The notes below the pieces were generated by a model. The model saw only the letters and a program-made list of their open reading frames with translations, was not told where the DNA came from and searched no databases. Both the position numbers and the translations under genes were made by a program. From an uncultured Acholeplasmataceae bacterium (GTDB lineage Bacteria; Bacillota_I; Bacilli_A; RF39; UBA660), in NCBI GenBank assembly GCA_905203475.1, contig CAJKWD010000003.1, positions 1 through 63,451 of the forward strand: DNA of 63,451 nucleotides. Reading direction: 5' to 3'. Shown here piece by piece: positions 17,828 through 28,242 of the stretch. How positions within the stretch are numbered: position 1 is the first letter of the stretch; the number at the start of each line of letters is the position of its first letter.

Positions 17828-18748
17828 ATGAAAGAAGTTGTATTAAAAACACATAACTTAACTAAAAAATATAAAAAATTTACCGCACTTGATCACGTAA
17901 ATATTACCATTCATCGTGGAGATATTTATGGTTTAATTGGTCGTAATGGAGCTGGTAAGACGACACTTATGAAAGTCATTACGACACTCGCTCCAAAAAC
18001 AGAAGGAGTATTTGAATTGTTTGGATCAGGAGAAGATATAACAGAAACAAAACGTAGAATTGGATGTTTAATTGAAAATCCTGCTTTTTTTGGGAAATTA
18101 ACAGCTTATCAAAACTTGGAGTACTATGCGATACAAAAGGGAATTGTCGATAAAGAACAAATTGATAAAGCCCTAGAATTGGTTGATTTAACAAAACAGA
18201 AAAACAAGAAATTTAAGAATTTCTCACTGGGAATGAAACAGAGATTGGGAATTGCTCTTGCGATATTAGATCACCCTGATTTTATTATTTTAGATGAACC
18301 AATTAACGGATTAGATCCAATTGGTATTAAAGAACTTCGCGATACATTTAAAAAGTTAAATGAAGAACATAATATTACGATTTTAATTTCCAGCCATATA
18401 TTATCGGAATTATATTTACTAGCGAATCGTTTTTGTTTTATTGAACAGGGTCGTGTTTTAAAAGAAATTACAAAAGAAGAATTGGATTTAGCGTGTAGTA
18501 AATGTATTGTTATCAAAGTATTAGATACGAAAAAAGCAGCCGTTGTTTTAGAAAAAGAACTGTATACAACGAATTATAAAGTAATTGATGAACAGGAGAT
18601 TCGACTTTACGATTATTTAAATCAAGTTGCGAAAGTAAATAAAGTATTATCTAAAAACGATGTTGATGTGATGGCAATCTACGAATCAGGTATTTCGTTA
18701 GAAGAGTATTTTGATACTTTAATTAAAGGTGGTGAAGAATATGATTAA
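17828..18748 (+). CDS. ABC transporter ATP-binding protein (ABC-2/lantibiotic-bacitracin immunity type)
   Basis: Walker A GRNGAGKTT, signature FSLGMKQR, Walker B FIILDEP. Confidence 0.9.
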   Translation: MKEVVLKTHNLTKKYKKFTALDHVNITIHRGDIYGLIGRNGAGKTTLMKVITTLAPKTEGVFELFGSGEDITETKRRIGCLIENPAFFGKLTAYQNLEYYAIQKGIVDKEQIDKALELVDLTKQKNKKFKNFSLGMKQRLGIALAILDHPDFIILDEPINGLDPIGIKELRDTFKKLNEEHNITILISSHILSELYLLANRFCFIEQGRVLKEITKEELDLACSKCIVIKVLDTKKAAVVLEKELYTTNYKVIDEQEIRLYDYLNQVAKVNKVLSKNDVDVMAIYESGISLEEYFDTLIKGGEEYD

Positions 18749-19580
18749 TATGATCAAAGCAGATTTATATCGCATATTCAAGGGGAAAGCACTTTATATT
18801 TGTGTGCTTGTAATACTCCTTCTAGCTACCATTAGTTGTTATGAAATGTCTCCAGGAAGAATTGGCGTACAAACGGGGTATACGACAGAAAGCAGTATGC
18901 AAGACCAAGAAACGATAGATAAGATCAATGATACCAATTCTTTACAAGAAACAAGAGAAATTATGAAAGAAACGGGTTCTTTTCCTGTAGATCAATCTCA
19001 GATGGGAGCCAATGCGAATTTATATTATTTCTTTATTGTTGTAGTAGTCATTGTTCTTGTCACGGATTTATCTAATTCTACGGTTAAAAACACATTATCT
19101 TCAGCGATTTCAAGAAAAAAATATTACTTCGCAAAATTATGTACTTGTCTTTTACTATGTACAGGTCTGATTCTCATAAATAATTATGGAAGTTATCTGA
19201 TTAATCTCATGATGAATGGAAGTAATTTTTCGTCGGGAATTTTAGAAATTACAAAACTAACAGTACTACAATTACCAATGATGTATGGTATAATAAGTTT
19301 GTTAGTTTGTATTGGATTTTTGTTCCGTAAAACTGCAACTTTTAATGGAATTACACTTCCATTCATTATGGTAGTACAAATGATAATCATGGGAATCTCT
19401 ACGTTATTTGAATTAAATGTAGATAAGATATTGAGTTATGAGTTTCAATATGTATTAATGAATTTGGTATCAAATCCAACAACAACTTATCTAATACAAA
19501 CACTGATTCTTGCTTTTAGCTATATTGTGATATTTAATTTGATTGGATATTACGCTTTCAAAAAAGCAGAAATTAAATAG
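18741..19580 (+). CDS. ABC-2 type transporter permease
   Basis: Six hydrophobic helices. Overlaps the ATPase gene stop. Confidence 0.7.
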   Translation: MINMIKADLYRIFKGKALYICVLVILLLATISCYEMSPGRIGVQTGYTTESSMQDQETIDKINDTNSLQETREIMKETGSFPVDQSQMGANANLYYFFIVVVVIVLVTDLSNSTVKNTLSSAISRKKYYFAKLCTCLLLCTGLILINNYGSYLINLMMNGSNFSSGILEITKLTVLQLPMMYGIISLLVCIGFLFRKTATFNGITLPFIMVVQMIIMGISTLFELNVDKILSYEFQYVLMNLVSNPTTTYLIQTLILAFSYIVIFNLIGYYAFKKAEIK

Positions 19581-19595
19581 AGAGGTAGTGAGCGT

Positions 19596-20495
19596 ATGGG
19601 ACTAATTGTAATCATGTTATGTATGATTGTATTGATCCTTGCTTGCTATCTTTTTTTCATGCAAAGGGAATTAAGACGATTACAAAAAGAACTGAGTACA
19701 GTTTTAACAGAAAAGACCAATGCAGTTGTGCATACAGAATTTTCTTCAAAGGAAATAAAAAAGCTTGTCCAAACAATCAATCAACAAGTCATACTTGTAA
19801 AGCAAAAAGAGAGTATGGTAGAACATCAAAATCACCAGTTTACCAAGATGATACGTAATATCTCTCATGATCTTAGAACACCACTTACTTCTGCGTTAGG
19901 TTATATTGATATTTTACAAAAAAGTGATTGTTCAGAAGAAGAAAAATTAAAAAACTTAAAAATTATAGAAGAAAGATTACAAAGATTATCAGAATTAATT
20001 GAGTCTTTCTTTGCATTTGCGAAAATTATTTCTGATGAAGGAAATATAGAAATGGATGTTGTAAATGTCATTGCAGTCATTGAAAAATCAATCTCACATC
20101 ATTATGATGATTTCTCAAGTGCAAAAAGAATGATTCGATTTCAAACTACGAAAAGAAAAATTTCTATGATTTCGAATGAAACGATGTTATTAAGAGTATT
20201 TGATAATTTGATTCGCAATGCTTATAAACATAGTCGTGGAGATTTAGAAATTCAAGTAACAGTAGGAAAAGAAATGACAATTCTATTTCAAAATAAATTA
20301 TTGTACCCGGAATTAGATGTCAATAAAATATTTGATGAATTTTATACGGTTGATATTTCTAGAACAAGAGGAAATACAGGATTGGGGTTAGCGATTGCAA
20401 AAGAGTTCGTAGAACAATTGGGTGGTCATATCTTTGCTAGAAAGAAACAGAAACAGTTACAAATACTTCTCACATTTCCATTAAAAGAGAAATAG
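19596..20495 (+). CDS. Sensor histidine kinase with minimal (single-TM) input region
   Basis: H-box SHDLRTPL, N-box and G-box (GLGLAI). Only one N-terminal TM helix precedes the HisKA domain. Confidence 0.88.
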   Translation: MGLIVIMLCMIVLILACYLFFMQRELRRLQKELSTVLTEKTNAVVHTEFSSKEIKKLVQTINQQVILVKQKESMVEHQNHQFTKMIRNISHDLRTPLTSALGYIDILQKSDCSEEEKLKNLKIIEERLQRLSELIESFFAFAKIISDEGNIEMDVVNVIAVIEKSISHHYDDFSSAKRMIRFQTTKRKISMISNETMLLRVFDNLIRNAYKHSRGDLEIQVTVGKEMTILFQNKLLYPELDVNKIFDEFYTVDISRTRGNTGLGLAIAKEFVEQLGGHIFARKKQKQLQILLTFPLKEK

Positions 20496-20510
20496 AAAGA
20501 GGGAGGCTAA

Positions 20511-21263
20511 ATGCGTGATATTGATTGGTTGATATTTTTATTTCTTGGTGTTTTTCTTCTTTTTCTCCTTGTTTTGTATGTTTTGAAAAAGAAGTTTCAA
20601 ATGACAAACAAACGATTTCTCATCTGTCTTACTGTCTCTCTTTTGCTTGCGTTGTTTCTTTTTGTAGTGGTTTTTCTTTTGTATCGCTATAACTATATTC
20701 CACATAAAAGGTATAGTAATGAACAATTTTCTATTCCCACTTATCAAAGTAAGATGGATCGTGATGAAGATGGGATCGATGATCAGACTGATATTTTAAA
20801 TAGTGTAAAGGAATATATCGCAACGAAACCAAAATATAAAAGTAAATACTATGTCGGTGGATATCCAGATGATGAATACGGAGTATGTACTGATGTCGTT
20901 GCTTTTGGATTAAAAGGAGCAGGATATGATTTAAGAAAATTAGTCTACGAAGATATTCTTTCCCATCCAGATGATTATGGTATTGATATCGTTGACAAAG
21001 ATATTGATTTCCGGAGAGTTCGTAATCTAAAAGTCTATTTTGAACATCACGCCATTCGTCTTACAACGGATATTACCAAAATAGAAGCGTGGCAAGGTGG
21101 AGATATTGTTGTTTTTGAAAACCATATAGGAATGATATCAGATAAGAGGAATCAAAAAGGAATTCCATTTATTATTCATCATATTAGTAATTATCAAAGT
21201 AATTATGAAGAAGATATATTAGAAATTAGAAAAGATATTGTTGGACATTATCGCATGAGTTAA
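20511..21263 (+). CDS. DUF1287-like membrane-anchored protein
   Basis: Two N-terminal TM helices. The C-terminal domain has the YGVCTDVV...GDIVVF...HIG pattern, recalled for DUF1287/NlpC-like folds. Confidence 0.5.
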   Translation: MRDIDWLIFLFLGVFLLFLLVLYVLKKKFQMTNKRFLICLTVSLLLALFLFVVVFLLYRYNYIPHKRYSNEQFSIPTYQSKMDRDEDGIDDQTDILNSVKEYIATKPKYKSKYYVGGYPDDEYGVCTDVVAFGLKGAGYDLRKLVYEDILSHPDDYGIDIVDKDIDFRRVRNLKVYFEHHAIRLTTDITKIEAWQGGDIVVFENHIGMISDKRNQKGIPFIIHHISNYQSNYEEDILEIRKDIVGHYRMS

Positions 21264-21299
21264 AAAAATAAATGGTTTGTATGAAAGGAAGACGATACT

Positions 21300-21659
21300 A
21301 TGAACCTGGTAGTGACATTGTTTTTGGTTTTTATCATTACAATGATGATTTCTTTTTTATTTGAACAATTGGATCGTAAATACGATTTGAGATTGAAATA
21401 TTTCTCTGTTGTCGCAAAAAACAAATTTTTATACTATGCTATTTTCACACTGTGGGGAGTCATTTTACTTTTCTTAATTCTTTTTACATATCCAACGCAT
21501 CACTATGGAAAGTTTCTTTTTGTGATCGTTTACTTTTCCTTGTTTCTCTGTTTCTATCATCATATGAAAGATTGGAAGATGGCACACAGTATTTACATCG
21601 AACATGCGAAATTACTGATCAAAGCCAAAGAAAAAGAGAGAAAGAAAAGGAAAAAATAG
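21300..21659 (+). CDS. Small membrane protein
   Basis: Three or four hydrophobic helices and a K/R-rich tail. Confidence 0.5.
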   Translation: MNLVVTLFLVFIITMMISFLFEQLDRKYDLRLKYFSVVAKNKFLYYAIFTLWGVILLFLILFTYPTHHYGKFLFVIVYFSLFLCFYHHMKDWKMAHSIYIEHAKLLIKAKEKERKKRKK

Positions 21660-21670
21660 GGAGGAATGAT

Positions 21671-22111
21671 ATGAGTTTAGGAAATGATTTATTGCAAGCG
21701 AGAAAGAAATCTGGTTTATCACCGGAGATGGTTGCAGAGAAGTTAGGGGTTCGTAGGCAGACAATATCTAATTGGGAAACAGGTGAGACGATTCCTAACC
21801 TTGATCACTTAAAAAAACTAGCACGCCTTTATCAATTACCACTAGATCAAATTTATTCTCAGTTATGTCAAATAGAACACGTCATTGAAACTTCAGATGA
21901 GAAAACAGACGGGAAAATTGATTGGACGAATGCTTGGGGAAAGAAGTATCCCATTTTAGTAAGATATCAAAGTGAAGTGAATATTCCAAAGTATGCGAAA
22001 GAAATTCGTAGGTTGTTTCATGAATTACAACAAGAATACCACTATAATGAATTAGAGGCCATGTTGGTTTTGAAAGATATTTTATATCATGAATGGAAAG
22101 ATCATAAATAG
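21671..22111 (+). CDS. XRE-family HTH protein with C-terminal extension
   Basis: LGVRRQTISNWETGETIPNL HTH_3 signature. The ATG at 21671 follows GGGAGGA. The longer ORF (21452) overlaps the previous gene and was rejected. Confidence 0.75.
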   Translation: MSLGNDLLQARKKSGLSPEMVAEKLGVRRQTISNWETGETIPNLDHLKKLARLYQLPLDQIYSQLCQIEHVIETSDEKTDGKIDWTNAWGKKYPILVRYQSEVNIPKYAKEIRRLFHELQQEYHYNELEAMLVLKDILYHEWKDHK

Positions 22112-22158
22112 TGTTTTTATTTTGTTGTATAATAAATTTATAGATAGGAGAGTTATTT

Positions 22159-22791
22159 ATGTTAGAAGGAATACAAGTGTTATGTCATAGTAGTATTCGT
22201 ATTAAAAGAGATAGGACGATTTATTTTGATCCATTTCAAATAAAGCAAGATTATAATGATGCGGATATTGTCTTTATTACACATGATCATTATGATCATT
22301 ATTCAGAAGAAGATTTAAAGAGGGTAGTAAAGAGGGATACTGTTGTTGTCGCACCAATGGATTTAAAAGAAAAGTTATTAAATCATGGTTTTCAGATAGA
22401 ACAGATGATTCTTGTAGAACCGAATCAAACTTATCAAGTAAAAGGAATCGAGGTGCATACGATTCCTGCTTATAATACCAATAAAGCATTCCATAAGAAA
22501 GAATACGGTTGGGTAGGATATTTGATCATATTAGATGGAATTACTTATTATATAGCAGGAGATACGGATATTACAGAGGAAAATAAAAAAGTAAGATGTG
22601 ATGTTGCTTTTGTACCAGTAGGTGGTACTTATACGATGACTTATGAAGAAGCTGCTCGTCTTGTTAATCAGATTCATCCTAAGATTGCTGTTCCAATCCA
22701 TTATGGAAGTATTGTTGGCACAAAAGAAGATGGAAAGAAGTTTTCTGAGTTATTAGATCCAGATATTACATGTCAAATCTTTATTTCATAA
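22159..22791 (+). CDS. MBL-fold metallo-hydrolase
   Basis: ITHDHYDH metal-binding motif (HxHxDH). Confidence 0.8.
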   Translation: MLEGIQVLCHSSIRIKRDRTIYFDPFQIKQDYNDADIVFITHDHYDHYSEEDLKRVVKRDTVVVAPMDLKEKLLNHGFQIEQMILVEPNQTYQVKGIEVHTIPAYNTNKAFHKKEYGWVGYLIILDGITYYIAGDTDITEENKKVRCDVAFVPVGGTYTMTYEEAARLVNQIHPKIAVPIHYGSIVGTKEDGKKFSELLDPDITCQIFIS

Positions 22792-22940
22792 ACAAATCGT
22801 AGATAGAAAAATAGTGTCGATCAGAAGATATCAAAATACGATAGAAGAGCACTTTACAAAATATACTTCTCATAGTATATTAAAATTGTAAAAGATAAAT
22901 CATATACTTTTATATACTAGAAATAAGAAAGGGTGATGAT

Positions 22941-23504
22941 ATGAGAAAAGATATTAAGACAACAGAAGCTATTTTTCCAATGCCAGTTTTAATGATTGCG
23001 ACATATAATGAAGATGGTAGTGTCGATGTTATGAATGCTGCTTGGGGTACGATGTTAGATAGAAATCAAGTCATATTAAATTTAACAGAAACCCATAAGA
23101 CAGTAAAAAATATGAAGATGAGGAAAGCATTTACAGTGAGTATTGCCGATGTGGATCATGTCAAAGAAGCTGATTATTTTGGCATTGTATCAGGAAATAA
23201 CACACCAGATAAGTTTGAAAAGAGTGGACTTACTTACACCCATTCTGAACATGTAGATGCTCCAATTATCAATGAATTTCCATTATGTATGGAATGTGAA
23301 TTTATCGAATATCAAGATGATGAATACGGTTGTGGTGTCATTGGTAAAGTAGTGAATGTCACCGCTGATGAACATGTTTTCACAGATGGACAAGTAGATA
23401 TTGAAAAAGTAAATGCCATTGCCTTTGATCCATATACGCATGGATACTATAAAGTAACAGGAAGAGTAGGAGAAGCCTTTAAAGACGGTTTACAATTAAA
23501 ATAG
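22941..23504 (+). CDS. Flavin reductase-like (FMN-binding split-barrel) protein
   Basis: The P..L.......G..NVM.A.W pattern typical of the flavin reductase domain. Confidence 0.7.
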   Translation: MRKDIKTTEAIFPMPVLMIATYNEDGSVDVMNAAWGTMLDRNQVILNLTETHKTVKNMKMRKAFTVSIADVDHVKEADYFGIVSGNNTPDKFEKSGLTYTHSEHVDAPIINEFPLCMECEFIEYQDDEYGCGVIGKVVNVTADEHVFTDGQVDIEKVNAIAFDPYTHGYYKVTGRVGEAFKDGLQLK

Positions 23505-23604
23505 ATTATCAGAGCTGATAATCTTTTTTTGTAAAGTTTTACCAAACATCAAAAAGTTATTTCAACGAACAAATGTTTGTGTTAAAATAAGAGTGGTGGT
23601 AGAA

Positions 23605-25101
23605 ATGGAACCTGTTTATTTATGTATTGATTTAAAAAGTTTTTATGCTTCAGTAGAGTGTGTCGAAAGAGGATTAGATCCCTTAACGACCAATTTAGTT
23701 GTTGCTGATTCCTCTAGAACAGAAAAGACCATTTGTTTGGCTATTAGTCCTTCTTTAAAGCAATATGGACTGGGAGGTAGAGCAAGACTATTTGAAGTCG
23801 TACAAAAAGTAAAAGAAATCAATTACCAACGAAAAAGAAAAAAACATTATCGATCTTTTACTGGTAAATCTTACAACGATATAGAGTTAAAAGAAGATTT
23901 AAAAAAAGAGTTAGATTTTATCATTGCTCCCCCTAGAATGGCTTATTATATGGAATATTCTACTAGGATTTACAATATTTATTTAAAACATATGGCTCCA
24001 GAAGATATTTTTGTGTATTCGATCGACGAAGTTTTTTGTGATATTACAAATTATTTAAAATATGGTTCATTGACTGCAAAAGAATTTGTTACCAATCTGA
24101 TTCAAGAAGTGTACGAAGAAACAGGAATTACTGCAACCGCAGGAATTGGAAGTAATCTTTTTCTCGCTAAAGTAGCAATGGATGTTGTGGCCAAACGCCA
24201 AAAGCCTAATGCTTATGGAGTAAGAATTGCAGAGTTAGATGAAATGACTTATCGTAAAGAATTATGGAGTCATCAACCGATTACGGATATTTGGCGAGTA
24301 GGAAGAGGAATTGCCAATAAATTACATCAATACCACATCGATACGATGGGAGATATTGCGAGATGCTCTATCGAAAATGAAGATTTATTATATCGTCTAT
24401 TCGGAGTTAATGCGGAAATTTTGATCGATCATGCTTGGGGGTATGAACCATGTACGATGAAATCTATCAAAAATTATAAACCTACTTCTAAAAGTATTCA
24501 TTCAGGTCAAGTATTATCCTGCCCCTATACTTATGAAAAAGCAAAGTTAATTGTACGAGAAATGGCAGATTTACTAGCCCTTGATTTAGTATCTAAAAAA
24601 TTAGTGACAGATCAATTAACTTTGACGATTGGCTATGATATTAAAAACATCACAGATCGCAATATTCCCTATAATGGAGAAGTTGTAACAGATATGTACG
24701 GTCGTAAGATTCCCAAACACACCCATGGCACCATTCATATTTCTCATAAAACATCATCTTCTAAAGAAATTATGAAACAGATGATAACACTCTTTGAACA
24801 AATTACCAATCGTTATTTACTCATAAAAAGAATTCATATGAGCGCCATTCATGTCACAAAAGAAGAACTAGAAAACAAGAAAGCGCATTACGAGCAGTTG
24901 GAATTATTTACGAGTGTAGAAGTACAAAGCAAGCGAATTGATCAAGAGAAAAAAGAAGAACAAGAAGAGAGAATCTTACAAGAGGTGTTATTAAATATGA
25001 AAGAAAAATATGGAAAGAATGCGATTTTAAAAGGAATGAATTTAAAAGAAGGAGCAACTACCAAAGAGAGAAACGTACAAATAGGTGGTCATCATGCTTA
25101 A
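23605..25101 (+). CDS. Y-family DNA polymerase (UmuC/UvrX/DinB-like)
   Basis: N-terminal CIDLKSFYASVE, SIDEVF catalytic motif, little-finger region. Confidence 0.88.
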   Translation: MEPVYLCIDLKSFYASVECVERGLDPLTTNLVVADSSRTEKTICLAISPSLKQYGLGGRARLFEVVQKVKEINYQRKRKKHYRSFTGKSYNDIELKEDLKKELDFIIAPPRMAYYMEYSTRIYNIYLKHMAPEDIFVYSIDEVFCDITNYLKYGSLTAKEFVTNLIQEVYEETGITATAGIGSNLFLAKVAMDVVAKRQKPNAYGVRIAELDEMTYRKELWSHQPITDIWRVGRGIANKLHQYHIDTMGDIARCSIENEDLLYRLFGVNAEILIDHAWGYEPCTMKSIKNYKPTSKSIHSGQVLSCPYTYEKAKLIVREMADLLALDLVSKKLVTDQLTLTIGYDIKNITDRNIPYNGEVVTDMYGRKIPKHTHGTIHISHKTSSSKEIMKQMITLFEQITNRYLLIKRIHMSAIHVTKEELENKKAHYEQLELFTSVEVQSKRIDQEKKEEQEERILQEVLLNMKEKYGKNAILKGMNLKEGATTKERNVQIGGHHA

Positions 25102-25498
25102 TTATGAAGATATCATTCACTTACCCCATCATATTTCTAAAAAAAGACCACAGATGCCATTATCTCAAAGAGCAGCTATTTTTGCTCCTTTTTCTGCCCT
25201 TACTGGTTATGAAGATAAAATTAGAGAGACTAGTAGAATGGTCAATCAGAAAATAGAACTGTCAAGTGAAGAACAAGAATTGTTAAATCAGAAATTTGCA
25301 TTGATATGGAATTGTCATAAAAATCAAGAAGTAATGATTACTTATTTTGTCAAAGATCTTAAAAAACAAGGTGGTACTTACTTAAGTGTTGTAGGAAAAA
25401 TAAGAAGATTAGATCTTGTTTCAGAGTATTTTATATTACAGGATAAAAGGAAAATTAAATTAGGTGATATCATTGATATTCAACTTTATGATGCGTGA
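25094..25498 (+). CDS. YolD-like protein (accessory partner of Y-family polymerase)
   Basis: Size, overlap with the polymerase gene, and a RA.IF.PF.AL.G motif recalled for the YolD family. Confidence 0.65.
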   Translation: MLNYEDIIHLPHHISKKRPQMPLSQRAAIFAPFSALTGYEDKIRETSRMVNQKIELSSEEQELLNQKFALIWNCHKNQEVMITYFVKDLKKQGGTYLSVVGKIRRLDLVSEYFILQDKRKIKLGDIIDIQLYDA

Positions 25499-25583
25499 TG
25501 TGATTGTATGAGAAAAGAAAATGTGGTAAAATTTTGAGTAGTATCATAAATCATAATCAAAGAGATTGATTAGAAAAGGAGAG

Positions 25584-28157
25584 ATGTCTGTGCTTAGATT
25601 AAAAAAGATTCATAAAGTGTATCAAACAGATAGTTTTAAGCAAGTTGCTTTAGATGAAATTAGTCTTGATTTTCGTAAAAATGAGTTTGCTTCTATTTTA
25701 GGACCGAGTGGAAGTGGAAAGACAACACTATTAAATATTATTGGTGGATTAGATCAATATACTTCTGGAGATTTAGTAATTAATGGAATTAGTACTAAGA
25801 AGTATAAAGACAGAGACTGGGACACTTATCGTAATCACAGAGTAGGATTTGTTTTCCAGAGTTATAATTTAATTCCCCATCAATCTGTTTTAGCAAACGT
25901 TGAACTTGCACTTACGTTAAGTGGTGTCTCTAAAAAAGAGAGAAGAAAAAGAGCAATCGAATCATTAAAAAAAGTAGGTCTAGAAGATCATATCCATAAA
26001 AAACCAAATCAATTATCAGGAGGGCAGATGCAACGTGTAGCGATTGCTAGAGCTCTTGTAAATAATCCAGATATTTTACTTTTAGACGAACCAACTGGTG
26101 CTTTAGATACCAAAACGAGTATTCAGATTATGGAATTAATCAAAGAAGTTGCCAATGATAAATTAGTGATTATGGTAACCCATAATCCCGATTTAGCACA
26201 TCAATATTCCACTCGTATTATCGAATTAAAAGATGGAAAAGTAACTCATGATTCCAATCCATACGACGAGGAGAAAGAAAAGAGAGAATCATTAGAAACA
26301 AGGAAAAAGAAAAATAAAAAAACATCGATGAATTTAAAAACAGCGCTTTCTTTATCACTTGATAATTTAATGACCAAAAAAGGGCGTACATTATTAACTG
26401 CTTTTGCTGGAAGTATTGGTATTATTGGAATTGCTTTAATTTTATCTCTTTCTAGTGGAGTTAGTCATTATATTTCAAAAGTACAGGAAGAAACTCTTAC
26501 TTCTTATCCACTGACAATCCAAGAAAGTTCTTTGGATTTGACATCTGCCATTTCTGAACATACAGAAGAAGTAAAAAAGAAAGAAAATAGAAGTCTAGAT
26601 AAAATTTATTCTAATAACACAATGACAGATATGTTATCGTTAATCAGTAGTAAAGTCACGTCTAATAATTTAAAAGAATTTAAGAATTATTTAGAAAGTG
26701 ACAAAAGTAATATCAAAGATTATATGACAGCGATTGATTATAGTTATAATTTAAACTTACAGTTGTTTAAAGGAGATACTTCTGATGGAGTTGTCCAAGT
26801 AAATCCCAATACGGTATTACAGAGTATGGGCTTTGATAATTCTGGAGCAAGTTCTACTAGTTTTGTATTAGGGGATGTTTTTTCTAAACTATTTGAAAAT
26901 AATAAAATCAATAATAATATGTATCAAGTCATCAGTGGAAGAATGCCATCTAATTACAATGAAGTGGTTCTATTAGTGGATAAAAACAATCAGATCAGTG
27001 ATTATGTGTTATATGCACTTGGTTTAAAAGATCAAAGTGAATTAGAACAATTCTATCAAAAAATAAGTAATGGAGAAGAAATTAAAACAGAAGAAGTTAC
27101 TTATGACTATGATGATTTAATTGGCCTTACTTATAAAGTGTTATTAAATACAGATTATTATGAAAAAGTAAACGGTATTTGGATCGATAAAAGAGATGAT
27201 GAAAACTATTTAAAAGAAAAATTAGAAAATAGTGATGAAATTAAAATTGTTGGAATCGTGAAACCAAATGAGGAATGGTCAGGAGCGGTATCGACAACAG
27301 GTGGTGTTTTATATACAGATGCATTAGAAAAACATGTGATAGAAAAAATCAACGAAAGTGAGATTGTCAAAGAGCAAAAAGAAAATCCAGAGACAAATGT
27401 TCTAACAGGTCTTGATTTCTCTAACGAAGAATTTAGTATGGAAAACTTAACACCTGCTCAACAACAGTATTTATATTCTCTATCAGCGGATGAGCTTGCT
27501 GATGTGGTATTACGTTATCGTGAACAGGCAAATGCGACTTATGACAGTGTTATGCATGATTTGGGGGCAGTTGATTTAGAAAGTCCAAGTGCGATTAATA
27601 TCTATGCTAAAGACTTTGAATCCAAAGATGAAATCAAACAAATCATAGAAAATTATAACAAGCAACAAGAAACAGATGGAAAAGAAGAAAATGTCATCCG
27701 CTATAATGATCTTGTTGGAATGTTAATGTCATCCGTGACTGATATTGTCGATATGATTAGTTATGTATTAATTGGTTTTGTATCCATTTCCCTTGTTGTA
27801 TCAAGTATTATGATTGGTATTATTACTTATATTTCTGTTCTAGAAAGAACCAAAGAAATTGGTATTTTAAGAGCGATTGGAGCAAGTAAGAAAGATATCA
27901 GTCGTGTCTTTAATGCTGAAACATTAATTGTCGGTTTCACAGCTGGTGTGATTGGGATTGGTGTTACCGTTCTTCTCAATATTCCAATTAATATGATTAT
28001 TGCCCATTTAGCAGGAGTAGAAAGTTTAAGTAGTTTACCAATTGTTGGCGGTATTATATTAATTATGATTAGTATGTTACTGACAATTATCGCTGGATTA
28101 ATCCCTGCTAGATTAGCAAGTAAAAAAGACCCAGTTGAGTCTCTTAGAAGTGAATAA
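25584..28157 (+). CDS. Fused ABC ATPase plus FtsX/MacB-type permease
   Basis: N-terminal Walker A GPSGSGKTT, LSGGQMQRVAIARA, LLLDEPTGALD. Large extracytoplasmic region and a C-terminal FtsX 4-TM module. The start could instead be the GTG at 25590. Confidence 0.85.
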   Translation: MSVLRLKKIHKVYQTDSFKQVALDEISLDFRKNEFASILGPSGSGKTTLLNIIGGLDQYTSGDLVINGISTKKYKDRDWDTYRNHRVGFVFQSYNLIPHQSVLANVELALTLSGVSKKERRKRAIESLKKVGLEDHIHKKPNQLSGGQMQRVAIARALVNNPDILLLDEPTGALDTKTSIQIMELIKEVANDKLVIMVTHNPDLAHQYSTRIIELKDGKVTHDSNPYDEEKEKRESLETRKKKNKKTSMNLKTALSLSLDNLMTKKGRTLLTAFAGSIGIIGIALILSLSSGVSHYISKVQEETLTSYPLTIQESSLDLTSAISEHTEEVKKKENRSLDKIYSNNTMTDMLSLISSKVTSNNLKEFKNYLESDKSNIKDYMTAIDYSYNLNLQLFKGDTSDGVVQVNPNTVLQSMGFDNSGASSTSFVLGDVFSKLFENNKINNNMYQVISGRMPSNYNEVVLLVDKNNQISDYVLYALGLKDQSELEQFYQKISNGEEIKTEEVTYDYDDLIGLTYKVLLNTDYYEKVNGIWIDKRDDENYLKEKLENSDEIKIVGIVKPNEEWSGAVSTTGGVLYTDALEKHVIEKINESEIVKEQKENPETNVLTGLDFSNEEFSMENLTPAQQQYLYSLSADELADVVLRYREQANATYDSVMHDLGAVDLESPSAINIYAKDFESKDEIKQIIENYNKQQETDGKEENVIRYNDLVGMLMSSVTDIVDMISYVLIGFVSISLVVSSIMIGIITYISVLERTKEIGILRAIGASKKDISRVFNAETLIVGFTAGVIGIGVTVLLNIPINMIIAHLAGVESLSSLPIVGGIILIMISMLLTIIAGLIPARLASKKDPVESLRSE

Positions 28158-28242
28158 GAGTTTTAAAAACTCTTTTTCTTTTAGAAGTAAATGCATGTGT
28201 GATAATAGGTGTATATTATTTTATAATGAAAGAAGGCAACAT

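Noticed and set aside
21452-21670. Upstream extension of the XRE ORF (the track start at 21452)
   Set aside because: The extension overlaps the preceding membrane-protein gene out of frame. A good GGGAGGA RBS precedes the internal ATG at 21671, where the HTH domain begins.
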